From an uncultured Lachnoclostridium sp. (lineage in GTDB: Bacteria; Bacillota; Clostridia; Lachnospirales; Lachnospiraceae), in NCBI GenBank assembly GCA_946629655.1, contig CAMOYG010000001.1, forward strand, positions 1 to 45,246: DNA of 45,246 bases, given 5' to 3'. Shown here piece after piece: positions 25,180-34,686 of the stretch. The translations under genes were made by a program, and so were the position numbers. Below the pieces are notes generated by a model, which had not been told where the DNA came from, did not search any database, and was given only the letters and a program-made list of their open reading frames with translations. The stretch's first letter is position 1. Each line of letters starts with the position of its first letter.

Positions 25180-27828
25180 TTATCCCTCCCATCTGTTCTT
25201 CAGCCGGTTCTGCAGCCGGTCAAGCTCATTCAGCGCCTCTAAGGGCGACATCAGATTAACCTTGAGATTCAGGATCTCCTGGATAATTTCCTCGTAATTG
25301 ACGGTTCCCGCAAAGGACAGCTGATTTCGGTCCACCTCATCCTGTTTGGCAATCCGCTTCCTCGTAGTGGCGCTGCCGTCCGCCAGTTCCTTCGCTCTGG
25401 CCGCGATGTCGGCATCGCTCAGGACACTCAGAATTTCCTTGGCCCTCTGGATGACGGAATCCGGAATCCCCGCCAGCTTTCCGACCTGGATGCCGTAGCT
25501 CTTGTCGGCGCCGCCGCGGATGATTTTCCGGAGGAAGATGATATCGTCCCCCTGTTCCCGCACGGCGATGCAGTAGTTGTTTACGCCCGCCAGAGACCCT
25601 TCCAGCTCGGTCAGCTCATGATAATGGGTGGCAAAGAGGGTCTTTGCTCCCAGTGTCTTGGTGCTGCTCACGTATTCCACCACGGCCCAGGCGATGGACA
25701 GTCCGTCCAGGGTGCTGGTTCCGCGGCCGATCTCGTCCAGAATGATCAGACTCGACCGGGTGGCGTTGCGGAGAATATTCGCCACCTCCGTCATCTCCAC
25801 CATGAAGGTGCTCTGTCCGGAGGCCAGGTCATCCGATGCGCCGACACGGGTAAAGATCCGGTCACAGATGCCGATGTCCGCTTCCTCCGCCGGCACAAAG
25901 CTTCCGATCTGCGCCATCAGGACAATCAGGGCGGTCTGCCGCATATAAGTGGACTTTCCTGCCATGTTCGGTCCGGTGATGACGGCGAAGCGGTTCTTCC
26001 CGTTGTCCAGAAGGGTGTCGTTGGCGACAAACAGGTCACTCTTGAGCATCCGCTCCACCACCGGATGGCGGCCGTTTTTGATGCGGACAAGGCCCTTCTC
26101 GTTGATGGAGGGCTTCACATAGTTGTATCTGGTGGCGACCACCGACAGGGAGATGAGAACGTCAACCAGGGCCACCGCGTGGGCAGACTTCTGGATGCGC
26201 ACCACCTCGTCGCCGATGCGGTCTCTCACTTCGCAGAACAGGTCATATTCCAGGGTGTTCAGCCGGTCGGCGGACCCGAGAATCTTCTCCTCCGTCAGCT
26301 TCAGCTCGTCGGTGGTATAGCGCTCCGCATTCACCAGGGTCTGCTTCCGGATGAAATAGTCCGGAACCAGGTCCTTAAAGGAATTGGTGACCTCAAAATA
26401 ATAGCCGAACACCTTGTTGTATTTGATTTTCAGGTTTTTGATGCCGGTTTTTTCCCGTTCGGAAGCCTCCAGATTTGCAAGCCAGATCTTGCCGTCGGTG
26501 CTGGCATGGCGCAGCTCGTCGGCCTCTTTGCTGTAGCCCTCCCTTATGATGCCGCCTTCTCTGAGCATCACATTCGGATCGTCATCGATGGCGGATCGGA
26601 TGAGTTTCGTTATATCCTCCAGCGGATCGATGGCTTCTGCCGTTTCCTTCAGGAGCGGGCTGGTAAAGTGGGACAGCTCGTTCTTAATGTGCGGAAGCAT
26701 CTCCAGGGAAGAAGCCAGCGCGTTCAGGTCCCTGGGATTTGCGGTTTTATAGCTGATGCGGCCCAGAAGCCGCTCCAGGTCATAGACCGGGCCCAGGTAT
26801 TCGGCGATCTCCTCCCGGGAAATATAGTTCATGTTGAACTCTTCCACGGCGTTCTGGCGGTCTGTGATGGCATGGATGTCAATCAGGGGCTGTTCGATAA
26901 AGGTGCGCAGCAGCCGTCCGCCCATGGCGGTTTTCGTGCGGTCCAGCACCCACAGAAGCGTCCCTCTCTTCTGTTTTTCCCGGAGGGTTTCCACCAGTTC
27001 CAGGTTTCGTCTCGTGGAGGTGTCCAGCATCATGAACTGGCCAGTGGTATAGGGGATAATCCGGGTCAGATGCTCCAGCCGGTTTTTCTGGGTCTCATAC
27101 AGATAGCTGAGAACCGCGCCGGCGGCAATGACGCCCGTCTGAAACTCTTCGATACCGAGCCCGGCAAGACTCTGCAGTCCGAAATGGGAAAGAAGGATCT
27201 CCCGGCAGGCCTCGTCGGAAAAGCGGGCATTCTCCAGCTGCGTGATAATGAGGTTCATCCGCTCCCGCAGTTCTTCCGTATCGATGCCGGCCATGGTAAA
27301 GGCCTCGTTGCAGACCAGCTCCGAAGGGGCAAAGCGGTAGATCTCATCCAGGAGACTCCGGGTACTCTTAACCTCCGTCACATAATAATCTCCCGTGCTC
27401 ACATCCACCGTGGAGATACCATAGGTGCCGTCCATGCAGACGACGCACATCAGATAATTATTCTTGTTCTCTTCCGTATCGCCGGAATTTAAGAGGGTTC
27501 CGGGGGTCACAACGCGGATGACTTCCCTTTTTACCAGGCCCTTGGCCAGCTTCGGGTCCTCCACCTGCTCTGCGATGGCAACCTTATAGCCCTTTTTCAC
27601 AAGACGGGAAATGTAGGAATCCACCGCATGGAAGGGAACGCCGCACATGGGCGCCCGCTCCTCCAGACCGCAGTCCTTGCCTGTCAGGGTCAGTTCCAGC
27701 ACCTGGGATGCCGTCTTCGCATCCTCAAAAAACATTTCGTAAAAATCGCCGAGCCGGTAGAACAGAATACAGTCGGGATACTGTCTCTTGGTCTCCAGGT
27801 AGTGCGTCATCATCGGGGAAAGTGCCAC
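25180..27828 (-). CDS. mutS: DNA mismatch repair protein MutS
   Basis: GDFYEMF, GRHPVVE, TGPNMAGKSTYMRQ, DEIGRGTST and SYGIQV motifs; GTG start. Confidence 0.97.
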   Translation of the reverse strand: MALSPMMTHYLETKRQYPDCILFYRLGDFYEMFFEDAKTASQVLELTLTGKDCGLEERAPMCGVPFHAVDSYISRLVKKGYKVAIAEQVEDPKLAKGLVKREVIRVVTPGTLLNSGDTEENKNNYLMCVVCMDGTYGISTVDVSTGDYYVTEVKSTRSLLDEIYRFAPSELVCNEAFTMAGIDTEELRERMNLIITQLENARFSDEACREILLSHFGLQSLAGLGIEEFQTGVIAAGAVLSYLYETQKNRLEHLTRIIPYTTGQFMMLDTSTRRNLELVETLREKQKRGTLLWVLDRTKTAMGGRLLRTFIEQPLIDIHAITDRQNAVEEFNMNYISREEIAEYLGPVYDLERLLGRISYKTANPRDLNALASSLEMLPHIKNELSHFTSPLLKETAEAIDPLEDITKLIRSAIDDDPNVMLREGGIIREGYSKEADELRHASTDGKIWLANLEASEREKTGIKNLKIKYNKVFGYYFEVTNSFKDLVPDYFIRKQTLVNAERYTTDELKLTEEKILGSADRLNTLEYDLFCEVRDRIGDEVVRIQKSAHAVALVDVLISLSVVATRYNYVKPSINEKGLVRIKNGRHPVVERMLKSDLFVANDTLLDNGKNRFAVITGPNMAGKSTYMRQTALIVLMAQIGSFVPAEEADIGICDRIFTRVGASDDLASGQSTFMVEMTEVANILRNATRSSLIILDEIGRGTSTLDGLSIAWAVVEYVSSTKTLGAKTLFATHYHELTELEGSLAGVNNYCIAVREQGDDIIFLRKIIRGGADKSYGIQVGKLAGIPDSVIQRAKEILSVLSDADIAARAKELADGSATTRKRIAKQDEVDRNQLSFAGTVNYEEIIQEILNLKVNLMSPLEALNELDRLQNRLKNRWEG

Positions 27829-27872
27829 TGTTTACCTCACTTTGAAGGATTTTTTCCTTCATCAATAACACT

Positions 27873-27918
27873 GAAAGGCGGCGAAATGGCCCGATAAAAT
27901 CGGGCCGGTTCACCGCCT
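27873..27918 (-). terminator. Probable intrinsic terminator after the L,D-transpeptidase gene
   Basis: Minus strand AGGCGGTGAAccGGCCCGAT-TTT-ATCGGGCCatTTCGCCGCCT-TTC: a long stem with a short U tail. Confidence 0.6.
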
Positions 27919-27936
27919 CGCAGTTGCTTATTCAAA

Positions 27937-29499
27937 TCAGTTCAGTACAACCGTCGGGTCTGTCGGATCCCATCTCTGTGCGAAGGAGATGGAAACCTGA
28001 TCCGGAATCATGAACGGAGACGGGGATGTGGAATCCTCGTAGATCGTGATTGCGGTGCCTACCGCGCAGTTGTCATAAATCCACTTTGCGTTCTTTGCGA
28101 TCAGACGGACGCAGCCGTGGGATCTGGAAACGCTCAGGTTGTTGTAGCCCCAGTTGTTCATCCACATGTTGTCGGACTTCTCATAGGTGATGGTATGCAT
28201 CATGAAGCCCTGGGTGATTCGGGCGGCCCACTGGGTGTAGCTGTCGTCGATCATCAGATGCCAGCGGAACTTCTCCGGTGTGTGGAAGGTTCCGATGGGG
28301 GTGTCATCACCGACGGAAGTCATCATCGCCATAACCGGGATAACATATCCGTTGCTGCCGTCCGGAGCATAAACCGTCAGGCAGTTCATGGTCTTGTTCA
28401 CCTTCAGCAGGTAGGAAGACTGCTTTCCGATAATCTCATCCACATTCTGGCAGAGTACGCCGTTGTTGTAGAAGTAGAACTTCAGGCCGTCGATGTACTG
28501 CCATCCGGTAACTGCCTTGCCGTCCACGAAGTAATATCTCTTCCGGTCGTCATCAAGCCAGCCGTTATATGCGGAACCGTCGGCATTCGTGTAGGTGGTG
28601 CCGCCATCGGATACCTTCAGACGGGAGGTCTTGTCGGAATAGTATCTTGCCTTGTTGGTGCCGGACGGTGTGCCGCTGCCCTTCGGTACAATCTGCACTT
28701 CCAGACCGGTAATGCCTTCCACATCGATGGCGCCGGCAATCTCGCCGTTCTTCGCCCATCCCAGCATACCCTGGGAAGCGGTGGAAACACGGTAGTAAAC
28801 GTCGTATTCCTTCTCCATATAACCGGAGAGCTGGATCTGCATACCCTGTACGATGCAGCCCGGATGTGCGAATCCGGTCGGATCGCCGTCATGTCTCCAG
28901 AGCAGATAGCCGCCGGCTGTGTTGTAGGCACGGTAGGAAATACCGCCGACCTTGCTGTAGCCGCTGACGCTCAGAGCCACCGCAACGATATTGTTCAGCG
29001 GGTCTCTCACATAATCAATCCGCAGCGGGAAATACCCGGCCTGGACGTTATGGGTCTCCAGGGTTGTGCCGGCCATCATATAATACTCGATGGGGTTCAC
29101 CAGCTCTCTGGCGCTCTCCCATGCCAGCTGCTTTGCTGCGGCATTCTTTGCATCCATCTCCGCAACAGCTGCGGGATCCTGGCCAACACCGACTGCGACA
29201 TTCGGGTCGATGGTCGGAATCTGGGCCGGAGCTGCCTGCACCGGAGTCTCGGCTGCCGGAGCCGCCGCTGCAGTTTCCTGGGCTGCGGTGGTCTCTGCGG
29301 TCACAGTCTGGCTGGAGGCTGTCTCTGCCGGAGCTGCCTCCGTCTCTGCCGCCTCGGTCTTCTCCGGATAGGTTACGGTTGTTCCCTGGGCCTCTGCTGC
29401 TGCAATATCATCTGCAGGTCCGGCATAGGATGCAAATCCGCTGCCTGCCACCAGCGATGCTGCAAGAACTGCGCAGACCGCCTGTTTTAATCTTTTCAT
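27937..29499 (-). CDS. Secreted L,D-transpeptidase (YkuD domain) with Ala/Glu/Thr-rich linker and cell-wall-binding repeats (520 aa)
   Basis: Signal peptide MKRLKQAVCAVLAASLVAGSGFASYA; repeats GWLDDDRKRYYF and GWQYIDGLKFYF; TPIGTF and catalytic H...SHGCVRL. ATG 29499 follows AGGAGG. Confidence 0.88.
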   Translation of the reverse strand: MKRLKQAVCAVLAASLVAGSGFASYAGPADDIAAAEAQGTTVTYPEKTEAAETEAAPAETASSQTVTAETTAAQETAAAAPAAETPVQAAPAQIPTIDPNVAVGVGQDPAAVAEMDAKNAAAKQLAWESARELVNPIEYYMMAGTTLETHNVQAGYFPLRIDYVRDPLNNIVAVALSVSGYSKVGGISYRAYNTAGGYLLWRHDGDPTGFAHPGCIVQGMQIQLSGYMEKEYDVYYRVSTASQGMLGWAKNGEIAGAIDVEGITGLEVQIVPKGSGTPSGTNKARYYSDKTSRLKVSDGGTTYTNADGSAYNGWLDDDRKRYYFVDGKAVTGWQYIDGLKFYFYNNGVLCQNVDEIIGKQSSYLLKVNKTMNCLTVYAPDGSNGYVIPVMAMMTSVGDDTPIGTFHTPEKFRWHLMIDDSYTQWAARITQGFMMHTITYEKSDNMWMNNWGYNNLSVSRSHGCVRLIAKNAKWIYDNCAVGTAITIYEDSTSPSPFMIPDQVSISFAQRWDPTDPTVVLN

Positions 29500-29515
29500 T
29501 GGACGATTCCTCCTG

Positions 29516-30967
29516 TTATTCATCTGAACAAAGTGTTCCAATATAATAAAAACCTTTGGACTCCGTAAGCTTTACTCTGACAATGGAACCAATCAGGTTT
29601 TCCTTACCTTCAAAGTGTACCAGCATGTTGTTGGAAAGACGGCCGGAAAGCCAGCCTTCCATGTGGTCATCCTTCTCCTCCGCCAGCACCTCGCGCACCG
29701 ACCCTTCGGCCAGGGCACATCTGGCCTGGGCTTCTTCCTGCACCACCGAAAGCAGCCGGTCGAACCGGTCCTTCACCACATCCTCCGGTACCTGGTTCTC
29801 CATGGAGGCCGCCGGTGTTCCGGAACGTTTGGAATAGATAAAGGTAAATGCACCGTCAAAATGCACCTTCTTTACCACATCGACGGTTTCGAGGAAATCC
29901 TCCTCCGTCTCGCCGGGGAACCCGACGATAATATCGGTGGTAATGGCCATATCCGGAATCTCTCTGCGGATCTTCTCCGCCAGGGCCAGGTACTGCTCCT
30001 TCGTGTAGTGCCGGTTCATGACCCGGAGAATCTCTGTACTTCCCGACTGAAGCGGCAGGTGAAGGTGACGGCAGATTTTATCGGAGTGCTTCATGACTTC
30101 GATGAGCTCGTCCGACAGATCCTTGGGATGGGATGTCATAAAGCGGATTCGTTTAAGCCCCTCGATTTTTTCCATCCGCCGCAGCAGCTCTGCGAAGGTT
30201 ACCGGATGCTCCAGGGTCTTTCCGTAGGAATTGACATTCTGTCCCAGAAGCATGATCTCCACAACGCCGTTCTGCACCAGGTTTTCGGCTTCCGCGATGA
30301 TATCCTCCGGCGCCCGGCTCTGCTCTCTTCCCGTTACATAAGGAACAATGCAGTAGCTGCAGAAATTATTGCAGCCGTACATGATGTTCAGTCCGGACTT
30401 GAAGGAATACTTGTGGTCCGCCGGGAGGTCCTCCACGATTTTCCGGCTTCCGCCGATAATATCGATGACCTGCGAGCCGCCGTCAATCCTCTCCGAGAGA
30501 AGCTCCGCCAGCTTGTAGTTATTCATATTGCCGAAGATAACGTCCACAAAGGGGTAGCTCTTTCGAAGCTTTTCGATGACGTGCTTCTCCTGCATCATGC
30601 AGCCGCAAAGGGCGATCATCATCTCCGGATGCTTTTTCTTCAGGCTTCCGATGCGTCCGAGACGTCCGTAGACGCGCTGGTCTGCATTCTCCCGCACCGT
30701 ACAGGTATTGTACAGAACGAAATCCGCCTGCTCACTGTCCGACTCCGCAAAACCGGACTCCTTGAGAATCCCGCGGAGCTTTTCGGAATCATGTGCATTC
30801 ATCTGGCACCCGAAGGTCGCCACATGATAGGTCAGAGGTCTCCCCCGTCTGGCCGATTCCTTCTCCGTGTACCGGCGAAGTCTCGCAATAAAATATCGCT
30901 GCCTGGCCGGTTCCGTCTCCGGCGGAAGGGCCGACAGATCGATGCTGTCGTAATCAAAAGCTGTCAT
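29516..30967 (-). CDS. miaB: tRNA-2-methylthio-N6-dimethylallyladenosine synthase (radical SAM)
   Basis: TFGCQMN, NTCTVRENA, CNNFCSYC, TDIIVGFPGET and a C-terminal TRAM region. The start is probably ATG 30967 or TTG 30973 after AAGGAG; ATG 31000 is only 2 nt from the -10 box. Confidence 0.95.
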   Translation of the reverse strand: MTAFDYDSIDLSALPPETEPARQRYFIARLRRYTEKESARRGRPLTYHVATFGCQMNAHDSEKLRGILKESGFAESDSEQADFVLYNTCTVRENADQRVYGRLGRIGSLKKKHPEMMIALCGCMMQEKHVIEKLRKSYPFVDVIFGNMNNYKLAELLSERIDGGSQVIDIIGGSRKIVEDLPADHKYSFKSGLNIMYGCNNFCSYCIVPYVTGREQSRAPEDIIAEAENLVQNGVVEIMLLGQNVNSYGKTLEHPVTFAELLRRMEKIEGLKRIRFMTSHPKDLSDELIEVMKHSDKICRHLHLPLQSGSTEILRVMNRHYTKEQYLALAEKIRREIPDMAITTDIIVGFPGETEEDFLETVDVVKKVHFDGAFTFIYSKRSGTPAASMENQVPEDVVKDRFDRLLSVVQEEAQARCALAEGSVREVLAEEKDDHMEGWLSGRLSNNMLVHFEGKENLIGSIVRVKLTESKGFYYIGTLCSDE

Positions 30968-31002
30968 CTGCAAACAGAACTCCTTTAGTGATACGTTCAT
31001 TA

Positions 31003-31031
31003 ATCATAGCAAAATGGTCAGGAAAAGTAAA
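31003..31031 (-). promoter_or_regulatory. Sigma-A promoter for miaB
   Basis: TTTACT, N17, TATGAT with an extended TG. Confidence 0.6.
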
Positions 31032-31033
31032 GT

Positions 31034-31561
31034 CTATTCCGCCGTCTGATATGTGATATAGGATACGGTTCCGCGCAGCTTGTTGATGCTGACAACCACT
31101 TCTGTGCCGTCCTTTTCTGCGGTATACTCTCCGTTTTCCTCCGTGCAGTCCGGGTAGACTTCGGTGACACGGCTCTCCTCATCTCCCACGGAAAGACCTT
31201 CCTCCGTGCTCACCTTCCCGCTCATGAGGGTGATGGTCTTAATGACATCCATGGTCTCCGACTCATTCAGATCCGCAAATACCTCAAAGTCCCGGTCGCC
31301 GTAGGAATATGCTTTCCGGACGGCGCCCCTTGCACAGTTATTCACATCCCGGCTGGCGGTGGGCTCTCCCAGAAGCGACAGGGCTTCCTCCGCATCCATT
31401 CCCGGCACATACCGGTGATCCTCATAGGTAAATCCGTATCCGGCCGCAGTTTCGGCTGTACTGCTTCCGGCAGATTCACTGCTTCCTCCGCAGGCAGAAA
31501 GTGTGAGGGCGGCAGCCATCGTCAGTGCCCCCAGCATGCGCATTCCCTTATGCATCATCAT
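31034..31561 (-). CDS. Hypothetical lipoprotein (175 aa)
   Basis: Signal peptide ending in lipobox LSA-C, then a Ser/Ala linker. ATGA overlap with the upstream gene. Confidence 0.8.
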   Translation of the reverse strand: MMMHKGMRMLGALTMAAALTLSACGGSSESAGSSTAETAAGYGFTYEDHRYVPGMDAEEALSLLGEPTASRDVNNCARGAVRKAYSYGDRDFEVFADLNESETMDVIKTITLMSGKVSTEEGLSVGDEESRVTEVYPDCTEENGEYTAEKDGTEVVVSINKLRGTVSYITYQTAE

Positions 31562-32133
31562 TCCTCCGTTCTCTGAAAAACTTCTGTCGGCGTGACAATA
31601 TAGTCCATCATAATATCATATGTGTCGCTTTCCAGTTCCGGAAAGATCTGGAAGTCGTAGGCTATGGCAATTTTCTTATGTTCCGGCTCCGCGGCAAAGA
31701 GGCGGTCGTAGAAGCCTCCGCCGTAGCCGCTTCTTCCGCCCTCGCGGGTAAAGGCCACTCCGGGGACAATCACCGGACAGTTCTTATCCATGGCCCGCCG
31801 GCAGGTTTTCTTCGGCTCCAGCAGTCCGAAGACGCCGGGCTCCAGGTCATCCGGCCCGGTAATATAGTAGAAATCCAGCCATTTATCGGTAGAAGTCTTC
31901 ACAACCAGCGGGACAGCCACACGGACGCCCGCAGAAAGAAGCTCTTCAATGAGGGGACCGGTCTCCGCCTCGCCGTTTACGCTGATATAGGCGTAGACCA
32001 CCTTCTCCTTTTCCAGATGAAACGGCTGAAGGTTGGCCAGAAGGCCCTTATCCCAGATGGCCTTCTCCTCCGGCTTTATCCCGCTCCGGTATTCCTTTAC
32101 ATATTTCCGCAGTGCTTTTTTTGTGTATTCCAT
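31558..32133 (-). CDS. 5-formyltetrahydrofolate cyclo-ligase
   Basis: KKALR, FGLLEP and IVPGVAFTREGGRSGYGGGFYDR motifs. Confidence 0.92.
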   Translation of the reverse strand: MEYTKKALRKYVKEYRSGIKPEEKAIWDKGLLANLQPFHLEKEKVVYAYISVNGEAETGPLIEELLSAGVRVAVPLVVKTSTDKWLDFYYITGPDDLEPGVFGLLEPKKTCRRAMDKNCPVIVPGVAFTREGGRSGYGGGFYDRLFAAEPEHKKIAIAYDFQIFPELESDTYDIMMDYIVTPTEVFQRTEE

Positions 32134-32196
32134 TCTGTCATCTCCAAATTATATGGATCCATGTACGGGTCCTTTCCTCTCTGGCCATGCACCGTC

Positions 32197-33786
32197 CTAA
32201 TAGGCAGGCCGGTACTTTGCCGCAACGGCCTCCGCTATCCGCATGCCGTCCATGGCCGCGGAGGTGATTCCTCCCGCATATCCTGCACCCTCACCGCAGG
32301 GATAGAGGCCGGATACCGCAGACTGCAGGGTTTCATTGCGAAGAATCCGCACGGGCGAGGAGGTTCTGCTCTCCACCCCCGCCAGGATGGCGTCGGGCCG
32401 GTCAAAGCCCTGAATGCGCCTGGAAAAGGACCGAATCCCCTCCTCCAGACTGTCTGCAAGATAAGCGGGGAAGATTCCCCGGACGTCGCCGAACCGGTAA
32501 TTTCCACGGAATGCAGGGGCCACATCGCCGAACCGGTCGGATATCCTGCCGCTTATGAAATCTCCGAAGAGCTGAACGGGGATATCTCCGGCCCCGGCCA
32601 GATATGCATTCCGTTCCAGTCTTCTCTGGAATGCCATGCCTGCCAGGACGCCGCCTTCCCCGAAGTCCCTGGGATCCACAGTCACGATGATGGCGCTGTT
32701 TGCATTTTCCCCTGCCCGGTCATGATAGCTCATGCCGTTGACGGCCGTCATGCCCTCTTCGGAAGAGGCATTCACCACGTATCCGCCGGGGCACATGCAG
32801 AAGGAATAGACGCCCCGCCCTGCGGCCGTCTGCGCCGTGACCTTGTAGGGCGCAGGACCGATGATTTCCGGATGTTCGGTTCCGTACAGGGCCTGATTGA
32901 TCATGGACTGGGGATGCTGAATCCGCACGCCGACGGCAAAGGCCTTGGGCTCCATCGGGATCTGCATCTTGTGCATCATGGCAAAGGTATCTCTGGCGGA
33001 GTGGCCTACGGCCAGGATCACGCATTCCGCCGGAATAAGCGTCTCATCCAGGCAGACGCCCGCGATATGTCCGTTCTTTACGGAAAAATCCGTGACTCTC
33101 GCGCCGAAGCGGACCTCGCCGCCCAGGCGGATGACCTCCTCCCGCAGATTCTTTACCACGGATGTAAGGACATCCGTACCCACATGGGGGTGGCTGTCAT
33201 AGGTTACGGAAGAATCGGCGCCGAATCCCGCAAACTCCAGAAGAACCTGCCGGCCCCGCCCGGAGGGGTCTTTTACCATGGTATTAAGCTTTCCGTCGGA
33301 AAATGTTCCCGCACCGCCCTCACCGAACTGCACGTTGCACTCCGGATCCAGAATACCCTCTTTCCAGAAGCGGTTTACGGAGAGAATACGGCTGTCAGCA
33401 TCCAGTCCCCGCTCCAGAACCAGGGGCTTAAACCCGGCCCGTGCAAGAAACAGGGCACAGAACATGCCGGCAGGACCGAATCCGATAATGACGGGCCGAT
33501 TTCCCAGAGGCGTATCCCCCGGCTTCGGGAAGTGATAGTGCTGCTCCTGCTTTACCAAAATATCGGGGCCCTTTGCCCTTTTTGCAGTCTTTTCCTCATT
33601 CTTTACCCGCAGGTCTACCGTATACGAAAAAAGAATATTGTCCTTTTTTCTCGCATCCAGCGAGCGGCGGACAATATCCAGGGAGAGGATCTCCTCCGGC
33701 GCAATGTGCAGAAGCTTTGCCGCCTTGCGCCGGAGATCCTCCGGTGTATGTTTCAGCGATAATTTCAGCTGGTTAATCCGAATCAC
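32197..33786 (-). CDS. Conserved FAD-dependent oxidoreductase (529 aa)
   Basis: IGFGPAG dinucleotide motif, FGEGGAGTFSDGKL, SFCMCPGG, ESRTSSP and GEGAGYAGGITSAA; GTG start. Confidence 0.9.
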   Translation of the reverse strand: MIRINQLKLSLKHTPEDLRRKAAKLLHIAPEEILSLDIVRRSLDARKKDNILFSYTVDLRVKNEEKTAKRAKGPDILVKQEQHYHFPKPGDTPLGNRPVIIGFGPAGMFCALFLARAGFKPLVLERGLDADSRILSVNRFWKEGILDPECNVQFGEGGAGTFSDGKLNTMVKDPSGRGRQVLLEFAGFGADSSVTYDSHPHVGTDVLTSVVKNLREEVIRLGGEVRFGARVTDFSVKNGHIAGVCLDETLIPAECVILAVGHSARDTFAMMHKMQIPMEPKAFAVGVRIQHPQSMINQALYGTEHPEIIGPAPYKVTAQTAAGRGVYSFCMCPGGYVVNASSEEGMTAVNGMSYHDRAGENANSAIIVTVDPRDFGEGGVLAGMAFQRRLERNAYLAGAGDIPVQLFGDFISGRISDRFGDVAPAFRGNYRFGDVRGIFPAYLADSLEEGIRSFSRRIQGFDRPDAILAGVESRTSSPVRILRNETLQSAVSGLYPCGEGAGYAGGITSAAMDGMRIAEAVAAKYRPAY

Positions 33787-33800
33787 TTTTGTTCCTTTTC

Positions 33801-34673
33801 TCAGGGGGTCATATTTCCCTGCAGAATTTTCGCGATCTCACTCTGTTCGTCGAGAATAATGGTTTTATTGCCTCCCTTGAGGGAGATTTTCAGTGCATCC
33901 AGGGAGCGGACATAATTGTAGAAGTCCGCCTTGTCGGCATCGTTGTAGGCTTCGCTCAGGATGCGCATATACTCGGCTTCGCCCTCGGCCTTGATCTTCT
34001 GGGCCTCGGCGTTGGCCTTCGCCACCGTCTCCCGGACGGTTTTATCCGTGGAGTTCCGAAGAAGGGAGGACTTGTAATCGCCGTCCGCCGTGTACTGGGC
34101 TGCAATGTTGTTGCGCTCCGAGATCATTCGCTGGTAAACCGACTCCTTGTTGGAATCCGGCAGGTCCAGTTTTTTCGTCTCCACCGCGATGATGCGGATG
34201 CCGTAGGGATCCATCTGGCTTCCGATGTTGGAGGTGATGGTCTGGGCCAGCTTTCCGTCGCGCCCGGAGATGATATCCTCCTGGGATGTGGCGGAAAGGA
34301 CGGTTTTCAGGGAGTTGTATACCACATTGCCGATGCGGGTCTCCGCCTTCTCCTGGCTGGCGTTCAGCGCAGACATGTAGCGGACCGGGTCGGTTACCTC
34401 CCAGATGATGAAAGAGTCCACATTCATGACCTTTTTGTCCTTCGTCGTCACATCGCTGGGGGACAGGTCATAGAGCATCTTCTTTTTCGGAATACTCTGG
34501 GTACTCTGGATAAATGGAATCTTCAGGTGGGGTCCGGGCGTTTCGTAGACACTCACCACGCTTCCGAACTGGGTTACCACCTTGTATTCATAGGCGTGAA
34601 CGATCACCACCGACTGGAGAACCAGAAACAGCGCAAGAACAATCAGAACCAACAGGGGTGTTTTCCGTTTCAT
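33801..34673 (-). CDS. hflC: FtsH protease modulator HflC (SPFH domain)
   Basis: N-terminal TM, PGPHLKIPFIQ, TKDKK, VYQRMISER and FYNYVRSLDA. ATG 34673 follows AAGGAGG; paired with hflK. Confidence 0.9.
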   Translation of the reverse strand: MKRKTPLLVLIVLALFLVLQSVVIVHAYEYKVVTQFGSVVSVYETPGPHLKIPFIQSTQSIPKKKMLYDLSPSDVTTKDKKVMNVDSFIIWEVTDPVRYMSALNASQEKAETRIGNVVYNSLKTVLSATSQEDIISGRDGKLAQTITSNIGSQMDPYGIRIIAVETKKLDLPDSNKESVYQRMISERNNIAAQYTADGDYKSSLLRNSTDKTVRETVAKANAEAQKIKAEGEAEYMRILSEAYNDADKADFYNYVRSLDALKISLKGGNKTIILDEQSEIAKILQGNMTP

Positions 34674-34686
34674 GCTGTCCTCCTTT

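Noticed and set aside
32148-32162. ATGGATCCAT palindrome next to a TATAAT upstream of the 5-formyl-THF cyclo-ligase gene
   Set aside because: A single 10-bp palindrome with no matching -35 and no second copy noticed; it could be chance.
31525-33762. 745-aa plus-strand ORF, and similar long ones at 25618-27492, 11020-12462, 28117-29490, 29615-30988, 5290-6591 and 39202-40542
   Set aside because: All lie antisense to well-supported minus-strand genes and show no protein family motifs.
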